A stretch of DNA of 44,400 bases from a virus. Lineage: Duplodnaviria > Caudoviricetes. Position 1 is the stretch's first letter, and each line of letters begins with the position of its first letter. The position numbers were made by a program, and so were the translations under genes. The DNA lies in IMG/VR virus record IMGVR_UViG_3300027851_000048, positions 1 to 44,400 of that record. One strand, 5' to 3'. The notes below the pieces were generated by a model. That model was not told where the DNA came from and did not search any database. It saw only the letters and a program-made list of their open reading frames with translations. Below are positions 1-8,252 of this stretch, piece after piece.

Positions 1-4
1 AGTG

Positions 5-130
5 CGGTGTCGTTGGCTGACGTCGATACCGCACTGCCGATCCCCGTGGCCGGCGCTGCGCTGGTCTGGAATGAGGATGGCACAGCGATCGTGAATGGCG
101 TGCCGACGGAAAGCCTCGTCGCGCTCTCGG
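5..130. repeat. Terminal direct repeat, left copy (126 bp), circular overlap
   Basis: 5-130 is identical to 44275-44400; bases 1-4 do not match. The tail-fibre ORF stays in frame across the join. Confidence 0.95.
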
Positions 131-684
131 GTTACATGGCGAACGTCATTCAGGCAGCGGATGCGGCCGAGGTGCTGGGCGATCTGGGCGTGTCCGCGTT
201 CGCGCAGACCATCCTCGACGACGCAAACGCCGCCGCGGTCCGCACGACCATCGGCGCCGCTTCGCCCATCGGAACGACCACGAACGACGATGCGGCGGCC
301 GGCTACATCGGCGAAACCATCGAGGGCGCGCTGGCATCAGGGTCCGCGACAGCACTGGTCACCGCGACATCGAAAAATGTGCTCTTCATCCCCCTGACGG
401 CCGGTGACTGGGATGTCGGTGGGCAGGCTGCCTTCACGCTGGTCAATACCTCGACAATCTGGCAGGCCAGTATCAGCCTGGTGTCGGCGACACAGGACGC
501 GGCGAACCGGGTGTATGAGCGAGTCGGCGCCGCCGGCAACCTGATTGGGGCACGGGAGTCCGCTCTGCCCATGACGCGGATCAAGCTGAATGCGCCGGCC
601 ACGGTCTATCTCGTGGCTGAGGCGACCTTTGCATCCGGATCGAACGCGGCCTATGGCCGACTGATCGCGCGACGCCGCCGATAA
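7..684 (+). CDS. Tail fibre protein, C-terminal part (continues from 43875 across the circular join; about 359 aa in total)
   Basis: In frame with the ORF starting at 43875. Contains an SAFAQTILDDANAAAVRTTIG fibre-type repeat and a beta-rich C-terminus. Confidence 0.8.
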   Translation: MSLADVDTALPIPVAGAALVWNEDGTAIVNGVPTESLVALSGYMANVIQAADAAEVLGDLGVSAFAQTILDDANAAAVRTTIGAASPIGTTTNDDAAAGYIGETIEGALASGSATALVTATSKNVLFIPLTAGDWDVGGQAAFTLVNTSTIWQASISLVSATQDAANRVYERVGAAGNLIGARESALPMTRIKLNAPATVYLVAEATFASGSNAAYGRLIARRRR

Positions 685-725
685 TGCGACCTCGAACACA
701 GGCTTTCACGACACAAGGGCAAACC

Positions 726-1412
726 ATGAAACTGTTTTTCGCTGCCGTTCTTTTCTTCCTTTCAGCCTTTGCGGCGGCTCAAGTCGAGCAGTCGCCGCAG
801 GAAATCCACTTCGATTACCGCGTGAACATGCTGCAGGGCATGGCCGAGGGCGCCGGCTACGGCAAGACCGTGCTGATGGGTGACTCGATCGCGGAGGCGT
901 TTTTCTGGAACTCGACGGCGTGCGGGGCGCTGATCAACGCCGGATCAGGCGGTGCCAACACAGAAATGCTGCACGCCCGTGTCGCGCGGATATTCGACCT
1001 GACGCGCCCTGCTGTGGCCGTGGTGCCGATCGGGATCAACGACGCACACGAATGGACGGACCTTGCCGACTGGAAGCGGAAATACAACGGCATCGCCTAC
1101 CTGATGTTTCAGCGCGGCATCACGCCGGTGTTCGAAACGCCGCTGCCGGTGGAGCAGGGGAAGCCTCTCGGGGCCGACTACTTCGATCAGGCAGTGCTGC
1201 TCGAAATCATCGCGCACATCCGCGCCGTCGCACGCAACTACGGCGCCGTGCTCAATGACCAGTTCGCCACGTTCAGCGACGCCGCCGGCTATCTGCCGGC
1301 CGGCAGCACGCTCGACGGTGTGCATCCGACTGGCGCGCTCTACCGCGTGATCTACACACAGCGGCAGGGGGCGATTCGGCGGGCGTGGGCGAAGCGCGGG
1401 GTGAGCTGCTGA
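726..1412 (+). CDS. Secreted SGNH/GDSL hydrolase (esterase) with N-terminal signal peptide
   Basis: MKLFFAAVLFFLSAFAAA|Q signal peptide. SGNH blocks GDSI, NAGSGG, GIND and DGVHP are all present. The stop overlaps the holin start (TGATG). Confidence 0.85.
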   Translation: MKLFFAAVLFFLSAFAAAQVEQSPQEIHFDYRVNMLQGMAEGAGYGKTVLMGDSIAEAFFWNSTACGALINAGSGGANTEMLHARVARIFDLTRPAVAVVPIGINDAHEWTDLADWKRKYNGIAYLMFQRGITPVFETPLPVEQGKPLGADYFDQAVLLEIIAHIRAVARNYGAVLNDQFATFSDAAGYLPAGSTLDGVHPTGALYRVIYTQRQGAIRRAWAKRGVSC

Positions 1413-1720
1413 TGATCGACCCTCAACATCACGACTGGTGGATGACCACCATCCTGCTCGTCATCCTCGCCATGTGGGCGGGGTTCGTGAGCTACCTGCG
1501 CACGCTGGTCAAGGGGCAGGAATTCCGGTGGCTGTGGTTCGTCAGCCACATGTCGTCGAGCGCGCTGGCCGGGCTGATCACCGCGCTGCTCTGTGACCAG
1601 TACGACGTGACGATTCAATGGACAGGCATCTCGTGCGCGCTGGCCGGGCACATGTCCGCCGAGGCGGTCAAGGTGTTCGAAGATCGGCTGCGGAAAAAAG
1701 CGGAGGCGCTCGAAACATGA
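1412..1720 (+). CDS. Holin (LydA-like)
   Basis: About 102 aa with 2-3 hydrophobic segments and a basic C-terminus, directly upstream of the endolysin. Confidence 0.8.
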   Translation: MIDPQHHDWWMTTILLVILAMWAGFVSYLRTLVKGQEFRWLWFVSHMSSSALAGLITALLCDQYDVTIQWTGISCALAGHMSAEAVKVFEDRLRKKAEALET

Positions 1721-2121
1721 ACACAGGCATCGAAAAATTCGACGCGCGCAGCCGGCGCAACCTGGCCGGTGTGCATCCGGCTCTGGTCGCCGTAGTCGAG
1801 CGCGCCAGCGAGATCACCGCGGTGCCGTTCGTTGTCATCGAAGGCATGCGCACGAAGGCGCGGCAGGCCGAACTGGTCAAGGCCGGCGCGAGCCAGACGC
1901 TGCAGGGCCGTCACTTGCACGGCTTCGCGGTTGATCTGGCCGCGATCGCCGGCAATGAAATCCGCTGGGACTGGCCGCTGTATTTCAAGGTGGCCGATGC
2001 CATGCAGCGCGCCGCCGATGAACTCAACACGCCGGTCATCTGGGGTGGATCGTGGCGCAAGTTCAAGGACGGACCGCACTTCGAGCTGCCGAGACTGACC
2101 TACCCGGACCCGAAGCCGTGA
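1717..2121 (+). CDS. Endolysin, peptidase M15 family (L-Ala-D-Glu peptidase type)
   Basis: Motifs EGMRT..RQ, RHLHGFAVD and WGGSW..FKDGPHFEL. Confidence 0.9.
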   Translation: MNTGIEKFDARSRRNLAGVHPALVAVVERASEITAVPFVVIEGMRTKARQAELVKAGASQTLQGRHLHGFAVDLAAIAGNEIRWDWPLYFKVADAMQRAADELNTPVIWGGSWRKFKDGPHFELPRLTYPDPKP

Positions 2122-2306
2122 GCGCCGATGTGGTGACCATGTTTCCCGGCGGAGCCTTTTCGCGAGAGCAGATAGCGGCTGTCCAGCAATTCGAAAACCA
2201 GCTTGCTCAGGCGGTCGAAACAGCGAAGGGCACGCGGGTTCCGCAGGGCTTCATTGTTGCGCTGCTGCACGCTTTCGCCATGCGCGAGACACAGGATTTG
2301 ATGTGA
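2118..2306 (+). CDS. Hypothetical protein within the lysis cassette
   Basis: GTGA overlaps with both neighbours; 62 aa. Confidence 0.6.
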   Translation: MSADVVTMFPGGAFSREQIAAVQQFENQLAQAVETAKGTRVPQGFIVALLHAFAMRETQDLM

Positions 2307-2728
2307 TCGTCGGCACCTTCATCCGCGCGCTGCCCGGCTGGGTCATGTGGCTGGCGCTTGGTGCGCTGGTGGCGGTCTCGGCGGGCTGGGGCTGGGTCAA
2401 GGGCGCCGCCAGCGTGCAGCAGGACTGGGATGCCGAGCGCGCCGCACAGACCATCACCGTCCTGCGCGTACAGGCCGCCCAGGCTCAGGTCACCGAGCGC
2501 GTCGTCACGCAGTACGTCGACCGGGTGCGCGTCGTGCGCGAAGCGGCCGAAACCATCATTAAAGAGGTGCCCGTCCATGTCCCCGCGAAATGTGATCCTG
2601 ATGGCCGTCTGCCTGCTGGTTTCCGCTGGGTGCACGACGCCGGCGCCTGTAACGGTCGTTGCCCTGCCGAACCCGCCGCAGATCCTGATGGAGCCGCCAC
2701 CGCCGCGGCTCGAACAGATCCCCGGTGA
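2303..2728 (+). CDS. i-spanin (Rz-like)
   Basis: N-terminal TM helix, a VTERVVTQYVDRVRVV...IIKEVP coiled region and a C-terminal Cys. Confidence 0.8.
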   Translation: MIVGTFIRALPGWVMWLALGALVAVSAGWGWVKGAASVQQDWDAERAAQTITVLRVQAAQAQVTERVVTQYVDRVRVVREAAETIIKEVPVHVPAKCDPDGRLPAGFRWVHDAGACNGRCPAEPAADPDGAATAAARTDPR

Positions 2729-2876
2729 CCGCGACCAGCCCGTGACCGTCACCGCCGCCGCCAAGACCGTGGCCACGAACTACGGCACCTACCACCTGAT
2801 CGCCGAACGCCTGCGCGCCCTGCAACAGTGGGTACGCGAGCAGGCAGCCCTGGGCAATGCTGCCGGCAGTCCGTAA
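2577..2876 (+). CDS. o-spanin lipoprotein (Rz1-like), overlapping the i-spanin
   Basis: MSPRNVILMAVCLLVSAG-C lipobox and a Pro-rich mature region, in the +1 frame overlapping Rz. Confidence 0.8.
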   Translation: MSPRNVILMAVCLLVSAGCTTPAPVTVVALPNPPQILMEPPPPRLEQIPGDRDQPVTVTAAAKTVATNYGTYHLIAERLRALQQWVREQAALGNAAGSP

Positions 2877-3053
2877 AGCGCTTGCGTTCGCTGAGGTGCT
2901 GCGCCGAAGCGGCTTTCGATCGTTCGAGGCCCGCATCATCCTGATCCTCGCCGCAGCGTTATGGCGCGAACGCGGAAAAACGAAGCGCGTCCGCCGTGAC
3001 CGTGACGGCTGGCGACAGGTCGCCTCGATCGCCATGGAAAAGCCTGCCCGCCC

Positions 3054-3357
3054 GGAGTAGGTCGCGGCGTAGCTTTTCAGATCATCAGCCCGGAAACCCT
3101 TTACCAGCTTGACCAACATACTGCGCCATCATCGGTGTAACGCCGCTGGCCGATGCCGCTGCAAGCTGTTGATTTTCCACCCGCGTTCCTCTGAAACCGT
3201 GTCCGGTCGCTGCTTTGCTGCCGACCGTGAGCGGTTCGGCCGATTGTTCGGCACCTATCCCCACGCATCCGCACTTGCTGTTTTGGCGTAGGTTTTCGGC
3301 GTACCATCCGCGAAAGTTACGCCGGCACCCGTCGGCGCGCACCGGGAAACCTACGCC
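3054..3357. other. attP region: arm-type repeats, IHF site and a core resembling the mutS 5' end
   Basis: GGCGTA(G/A)NTTT repeats at 3066, 3285, 3313 (reverse) and 3347 (reverse), with degenerate copies at 3054 and 3298. An IHF consensus AATCAACAGCTTG lies on the minus strand at 3162-3174. The region is immediately upstream of the integrase. Confidence 0.8.
3085..3180 (-). other. Replacement N-terminus for host MutS (mini-ORF GTG-ENQQLAAASASGV-TPMMAQY)
   Basis: AGAGGA RBS, GTG at 3180, and TPMMAQY at 3138-3118 matching the conserved MutS N-terminal TPMMxQY. The frame diverges and stops after the motif. Confidence 0.8.
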
Positions 3358-3359
3358 AG

Positions 3360-4637
3360 ATGTTCGACGCCCGCGCCGCGAAACAACTTCAGCCCGGCAC
3401 GCACCTTACCATTGAGGGCTGCCCGGGGTTACGCCTGCAGGCCACGGCGCGCACGCGTGCGTGGACGTACCGGTACAAGAGCCCGGTCGACGGGCGCATG
3501 CGCCAGGTGAAGCTTGGCGAGTGGCCGGCGATGTCGTGCCCGGCGGCGATTGTGGCCTGGGAAGATATGCGCCGGGCGCGTGAGGCGGGCGATGATCCGG
3601 CGCTGGCCAGGCGTGCGACGCGCGCGCAGACGCGTGCAACCGTGGCCCGGGCGCGGAGTGATTCGGTGCTCACGGTGGGGCGGGTGGCTGAGGCGTACCT
3701 GGTGGGGCATGTGGAGCGCAACCGCAAGCCCAAGGGCGCGGCGGAGATCCGGCGCATGTTCGGCCAGATGCTGGAGCCGGACGCGGATCTGCCGGCGGCG
3801 ACTTACACCCGATCGCAGGCGTTTGCGCTGCTCGAGCGCTGGGCGCATTCGCCAGTGCAGGCCGGCAAGCTGCGTGCCGAGCTGGGCGCGGCGTGGGACT
3901 ACGCGCTCGATGCTGGCCAGCTGCCCGAGACTGCGCCGAACTGGTGGCGGCTGATTATGCGGGGGCGTCTGCGATCGCGCGGGAAGAAGATCGCCGGCGA
4001 AAGCCAGGGCACGATCAAGCGCGTACTCAAGGATGCCGAGGTGGCCATGCTGATCGCCTGGCTGCCGAACTTCACCCAGCTGCTCGACGACGCGCTCACG
4101 CTCTACCTCTGGACGGGGTGCCGCGGTGCCGAGATCATGGCCATCGAGGCGCACGAGGTGGCCGAAGAGGCCGACGGCTGGTGGTGGACGATACCGAAGG
4201 CCAAGACCAAGAACGCCCGGCACGAGAGCGCGAGCGACTTGCGGGTGCCGCTGGTGGGGCGCGCGCTGGCCGTGGTGAAGCGCCGCCTGGCGCGCTACCC
4301 GTCGGGCTACCTATTCCCGGCCAGTCGCGGCGCCGGCGGGCACACCGCGCAGAAGGTCATCCAGGAGAACGTGTATTACCACCAGCCGTACAGCAACGTG
4401 CGGCCCGAGGTGAAGCGGTCGCGCCTGCCGGTGACGCACTGGTCGCCTCACGACCTGCGCCGCACCGTGCGCACGGCGCTGGCCAGCATGGGGTGCCCTG
4501 ACTCGGTGGCTGAGGCGGTGTTGGGGCACATGCAGGCCGGCATCAAGGGGGTTTACAACCTGCACAGCTACGATCGGGAGCGGCGCGAGTGGCTCACGCG
4601 GCTTGATCAGCGGTGGTCGAGTCTTGCGCAGCCGTAG
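3360..4637 (+). CDS. int: Tyrosine integrase with N-terminal arm-binding (DUF4102-type) domain
   Basis: Catalytic R (TGCR), K (TKN), HDLRR, LGH and GVYN; N-terminal GLRL...W.YRY.SP.DGRMRQVKLGEWP. Confidence 0.95.
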   Translation: MFDARAAKQLQPGTHLTIEGCPGLRLQATARTRAWTYRYKSPVDGRMRQVKLGEWPAMSCPAAIVAWEDMRRAREAGDDPALARRATRAQTRATVARARSDSVLTVGRVAEAYLVGHVERNRKPKGAAEIRRMFGQMLEPDADLPAATYTRSQAFALLERWAHSPVQAGKLRAELGAAWDYALDAGQLPETAPNWWRLIMRGRLRSRGKKIAGESQGTIKRVLKDAEVAMLIAWLPNFTQLLDDALTLYLWTGCRGAEIMAIEAHEVAEEADGWWWTIPKAKTKNARHESASDLRVPLVGRALAVVKRRLARYPSGYLFPASRGAGGHTAQKVIQENVYYHQPYSNVRPEVKRSRLPVTHWSPHDLRRTVRTALASMGCPDSVAEAVLGHMQAGIKGVYNLHSYDRERREWLTRLDQRWSSLAQP

Positions 4638-4869
4638 CCGCGCCCCGCTTGCCCTTGCCCGCGCCGGTGTTCCTCGGTGGCGGCAGATCTGACACCGGCC
4701 GCGCTTCGGCCCATTCGATCACCTCGCGGTACAGCCAGCCGACCCGGTTGGCGGACAACAGCCGCGGCTTCGGGAAGTTCTTTTCGCGCACCATCTTCTG
4801 CACCGTGGCCTCGCTCAGCGAGACGTGGGCGGCGACGTCCGGCAGCGACAGGTAGATCGGTGTGCTCAT
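4594..4869 (-). CDS. AlpA-family excisionase / recombination directionality factor
   Basis: LSLPDVAAHVSLSEATVQKMVREKNFPKPRLLSANRVGW; convergent with int and overlapping it by 44 bp. Confidence 0.88.
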   Translation of the reverse strand: MSTPIYLSLPDVAAHVSLSEATVQKMVREKNFPKPRLLSANRVGWLYREVIEWAEARPVSDLPPPRNTGAGKGKRGAATAAQDSTTADQAA

Positions 4870-5150
4870 GCGCGGCCCTTTCGCCTGGTGGCCAGCGACA
4901 CCCACAGCGCCCGTTCGCCGGGCTGTGTGTCGACCCGGAATTCGTCGCTGTTCTGAATCGCGCACCGCACGTAGTGCAGGGGAATGCCCGACTCAACGAC
5001 GATGGCGTTCATGCGGCAGCGCGCACCGGCGCTGTTCGCGATGAGCCGGCGTGCGGCGCCGTAGATGAGGGCGTTGCGGTCTTCGCGCGCCATGGGCGGC
5101 GGCGCGTCGGGGCGGCGCATCTGCTCGATGGCGAGGGTCCAGGGCGTCAT
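4866..5150 (-). CDS. Hypothetical protein (MTPWTLAIE...)
   Basis: ATGA-coupled to neighbours on both sides. Confidence 0.65.
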   Translation of the reverse strand: MTPWTLAIEQMRRPDAPPPMAREDRNALIYGAARRLIANSAGARCRMNAIVVESGIPLHYVRCAIQNSDEFRVDTQPGERALWVSLATRRKGRA

Positions 5151-5746
5151 GGTTGCACCCGCTTGAATTCGACGACCCAGACCCACGGGTTCGCGGCCCA
5201 GCTGCCGGCGCCGTTGATCTGCTCCCACAGATCGGCATACCACTGGCGTGGGTCACGGCCCTCTGCCATGTTCGGGAACGGGCAACCTTCGGCCATGGCG
5301 TCGCCTCGGCTGATGTCCTGCAGGCGCTCGACGCGCACGGCGGCGACTTCGAGCAGGATGCGGCTCGCCCAGCGGGGCATGAACATGCCGGGGCGGTGGC
5401 GTGACTCGGCCTTGTAGCCGTCATCGGCCATGTACCAGACGTGGCTTTCGGGGATGTCGCGCGGTGGCAGGTGGTCGAATGTTGTGTGGGCTTTCCACGC
5501 TTCCCGCACCCACAGCCGGTCGCCGTGCTGGCCGTAGGGGCACGAATAGGGGTGCTCCATCCCGTCGTTGCACAACTCGCTTTCGCCGTCGTCGCTTTGA
5601 TACGGCCACCAGCCCGCGCCGGTGTTGAGCATGACAAAGCCCTGCCGCTTTCGTGGCAAGGCAACCGCCCGCCGCGTCTGTGTCTTCGTGCCGTCGAGCA
5701 GCGCGCGCACCATCGGCGCGGAGAAAAGGATCGGTCGTTCGGCCAT
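5147..5746 (-). CDS. Conserved phage protein, ASCH/PUA-like (ERPILFSAPMVRA...KTQTRR family)
   Basis: Motifs CPYG..GDRLWVRE, MPRWASRI.LE, VRVERLQDIS and NPWVWVVEF. Confidence 0.85.
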   Translation of the reverse strand: MAERPILFSAPMVRALLDGTKTQTRRAVALPRKRQGFVMLNTGAGWWPYQSDDGESELCNDGMEHPYSCPYGQHGDRLWVREAWKAHTTFDHLPPRDIPESHVWYMADDGYKAESRHRPGMFMPRWASRILLEVAAVRVERLQDISRGDAMAEGCPFPNMAEGRDPRQWYADLWEQINGAGSWAANPWVWVVEFKRVQP

Positions 5747-5749
5747 CGC

Positions 5750-6238
5750 TCACACCTCCCTGCTGGCCACGTCGGTGTGGCGTGCGGTGTGGTCGGTCTG
5801 CTCGTAAGGGTCGCGCGCTGAGAGGTCGGCGGCGCGGTTACGAAACCGGGTGAGCATGTGCTCGAGGAAGGCGACGATGTCGGCCGGGGTGGCGCCGGTG
5901 CGCTGGGCGCCGTCGATGCCGAAGGTGATGAGGTCGAGCCAGTTGCGCTGCAGCTGGGGCTCGGTCAGGGCGCGGGTGAGGCGGGTGAGGCACGACTCGG
6001 CCAGGTGGCCGGTGTTGAGGCCGGGGCCGCAGGCGTACTCGCTGGCCACGCGGAACTGGTGCAGGTAGGTGGCGAGGTCGAAGGCTGGCCAGCGCGCGAC
6101 GAGCGCTGAGACGTGCGCCTGGATCAGTTCGCGCAGCATGGCTTGACCGCGTGCGCCGCGAATAGCGGACTTCACCGCACCGCGCCACCGAATCAGTGCC
6201 CATACGTCGCAATCGTCGCTGTATCCGCTGCGGCTCAT
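5750..6238 (-). CDS. Hypothetical phage protein (MSRSGYSDD family N-terminus, possibly chimeric)
   Basis: GGAG RBS before ATG 6238; the N-terminus is a familiar phage motif. The frame is open upstream to 6325. Confidence 0.6.
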   Translation of the reverse strand: MSRSGYSDDCDVWALIRWRGAVKSAIRGARGQAMLRELIQAHVSALVARWPAFDLATYLHQFRVASEYACGPGLNTGHLAESCLTRLTRALTEPQLQRNWLDLITFGIDGAQRTGATPADIVAFLEHMLTRFRNRAADLSARDPYEQTDHTARHTDVASREV

Positions 6239-6314
6239 CGTGTCGGCTCCTTGCAGCTTGCCGCGCAGTGGCCTTTTCGACCGCAGCGCGTGCAGATGTT
6301 GTAGAGGGGTGAGG

Positions 6315-6629
6315 TCATTGCGCATTGCCTTTTCGGGAGTTCCACCGCTCGCGGAGCAGACCGGTTACATCATCCATGATCGGGTAAATCAGTCCGCTTG
6401 ACGCTCCGCATAAACTGCTTGTGCATTGCACACACTGCGCGCCAACTCCAACGTCACCATCCTCGCCTTCAAGCGTTATGATTTCCGCAGGCGACCCGCA
6501 GAATGGGCACGGCTCTAGAGTGTTGTGGCACCTGCCGCACTCGTCATGATCTGGCCCGCCGATAAATATCGCGCCACAGGTTACACACTCGCATCCACCC
6601 GGATTGCTAGTTACTCGGTCTTTACTCAT
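6315..6629 (-). CDS. Lar-family restriction alleviation / Zn-finger protein
   Basis: LEPCPFCG...VQC...CGA...WN.R, plus extra CxxC pairs at the N-terminus. Confidence 0.75.
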   Translation of the reverse strand: MSKDRVTSNPGGCECVTCGAIFIGGPDHDECGRCHNTLEPCPFCGSPAEIITLEGEDGDVGVGAQCVQCTSSLCGASSGLIYPIMDDVTGLLRERWNSRKGNAQ

Positions 6630-7078
6630 CCCGCCTCCCCTTCGGCAAGTGCTGCGCGGATCGCTTGCAGTTCGTCACGCAGCGCCTGTGACTGGTAGGC
6701 GTCGCCGTCGTTGTCGATGCAGTCGCATACCCCGTAATCGCTGACGATTTTCAGCGCCACGTCATCGACATCGCGCAGCAGCAACGCAAGCCGCTTCGCC
6801 CGCGACTCTGCCGCTGCGAGCCGTTCGGCCAGCCTTGCATTCTCTATGACGTAGCTGTTCGACTTGCGGCAAAGCTGCTTTTCCCGTTCTTCGGACGCTG
6901 CGAGCTGGGTGCGTAGGGTGTCGCGCTCTGCGATCACCATCGACAGTGCTGTCGGTCCGGTCCCGGATTTGCAGTCAAGCGCGTCCGCTAAGTCGTTGCG
7001 GAGGGTGGCGATTTCGTCGGCTGCGTCGTCGTATCCCTCATTGCTGAGTTGCTGTAGTTCTCGGTCTGTCAGGCTCAT
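6626..7078 (-). CDS. Hypothetical coiled-coil protein (Ead/Ea22-like region)
   Basis: ATGA-coupled ORF in the early-left operon. Confidence 0.7.
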   Translation of the reverse strand: MSLTDRELQQLSNEGYDDAADEIATLRNDLADALDCKSGTGPTALSMVIAERDTLRTQLAASEEREKQLCRKSNSYVIENARLAERLAAAESRAKRLALLLRDVDDVALKIVSDYGVCDCIDNDGDAYQSQALRDELQAIRAALAEGEAG

Positions 7079-7401
7079 GGCGTCACCTCAAACATATCAA
7101 CGGTCAAGGCATCACGCGTGGCGCAGCTAGGGCCGTCCGGTGCGCCAACCGGATCAAATGCAGCGCATACCGGGTCGCCGTCATCGTCGTAGCGCCACTC
7201 TTGCGGATATTCCGGATGGCTGACGTCGTATGCGTAAGTCGCGCCGATGATCGGGCAGCAGTCCTGTTCGCTGGCCATGTCCGCCTCTACTTCGCCGTTC
7301 ATTACCCGGTCGCGCTTGCAGCGTCCGCACCAGCCGGAGATAAATCCCGCGCCTTGTGTGCCGTTGGATGGCCGGAAAAGCTTGATCGTCTGCTCGCTCA
7401 C
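7075..7401 (-). CDS. Hypothetical Cys-containing phage protein
   Basis: RPSNGT.G..F...WC..C...CPI...YP.EW......P.C.AF pattern; coupled overlaps. Confidence 0.75.
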   Translation of the reverse strand: MSEQTIKLFRPSNGTQGAGFISGWCGRCKRDRVMNGEVEADMASEQDCCPIIGATYAYDVSHPEYPQEWRYDDDGDPVCAAFDPVGAPDGPSCATRDALTVDMFEVTP

Positions 7402-8252
7402 GGCTTCACCTCCCCGCGCAGGGCTGCGTCTATTTCGTAGTCAATGGCTGAGTCGAAGTCACCCTTGAACAGTGGCAAGTCTCCAACCTGCGCCATCCAA
7501 GTGGCAGGTGATTTGTCCCGCAGCCACCGATACCGCTCCGCATCCTGTCGGCTTGCCAGCACTACCGCTTCCAGTGCCGCGCATTCGGCAATCTGCGCCA
7601 GCAGGTATGACGATGCAAACCCCCCGTCGGAACCAAGCCCGAGCGCGTTCGCTACCTGCCCACAAACTGCCGCCACCCCTGCCGTGTAACCTGCTGCCCG
7701 GCATTGCTCGCCGTAGGTGCGCAGTGTTTCCGCCGCATATATGTTGCCGCCGTCATTAAACATCTCGAAATCTAACCGCACGGACACATTCCAGTCCGGA
7801 CTAAGCCAGCCATCAGGCTCCGGCATCGGCACATCGCCGACGGGCTGCGGGGCTGAGTCACCAAGCAAGTGCAGCAGCATTTCGCGCGTCAGGCGCGCGG
7901 GCTCGCCGCGTAGCAGATTGGCGTGCAGCGTCGCCGGATCACGCAGCTTCTGCCATTCATCACGCTCCGCAGCCATCACCCGCACAGCGTCGAGCAGGGC
8001 GGTGCGTGAAATATCTTGTTCCTCTCGCCAGATGCGTCGATTTTCGCCTTGTGTTTCTCCTGCCCACCCCGCACACGACTCCAGTTTTTGCACCAGCCGC
8101 TCCACCTCCGCGATGTCCGGCTGCACCATCGCGCGGGCGCAGGCTTCGCGAAGTGCTTCAACAGCGTTCTTTTCATCCTCGAATCGAGCAGATAGCTCGA
8201 ATACCTCCGCCGCAGTCAGCGCAGCGGCGATCAGTTCCTGTGTGGCGCTCAT
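7398..8252 (-). CDS. Hypothetical mosaic protein (Eaa/Ead-like, DAERYRWLR motif)
   Basis: DAERYRWLR...D.AID C-terminal motif typical of lambdoid early-left genes. Confidence 0.75.
   Translation of the reverse strand: MSATQELIAAALTAAEVFELSARFEDEKNAVEALREACARAMVQPDIAEVERLVQKLESCAGWAGETQGENRRIWREEQDISRTALLDAVRVMAAERDEWQKLRDPATLHANLLRGEPARLTREMLLHLLGDSAPQPVGDVPMPEPDGWLSPDWNVSVRLDFEMFNDGGNIYAAETLRTYGEQCRAAGYTAGVAAVCGQVANALGLGSDGGFASSYLLAQIAECAALEAVVLASRQDAERYRWLRDKSPATWMAQVGDLPLFKGDFDSAIDYEIDAALRGEVKP

Noticed and set aside
2857-3060. 67-aa ORF after the o-spanin
   Set aside because: No recognisable motif or clear RBS, and it runs into the attP arm repeats. It may be real but cannot be supported.
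1-3360. Diversity-generating retroelement as in BPP-1
   Set aside because: No reverse transcriptase ORF and no TR/VR pair with adenine-specific mismatches were seen near the tail fibre or elsewhere. The only long repeat found is the exact terminal overlap.
3054-3360. tRNA fragment as the attP core
   Set aside because: No T-loop or CCA-like tRNA 3' end is visible. The mutS-like motif explains the site better.
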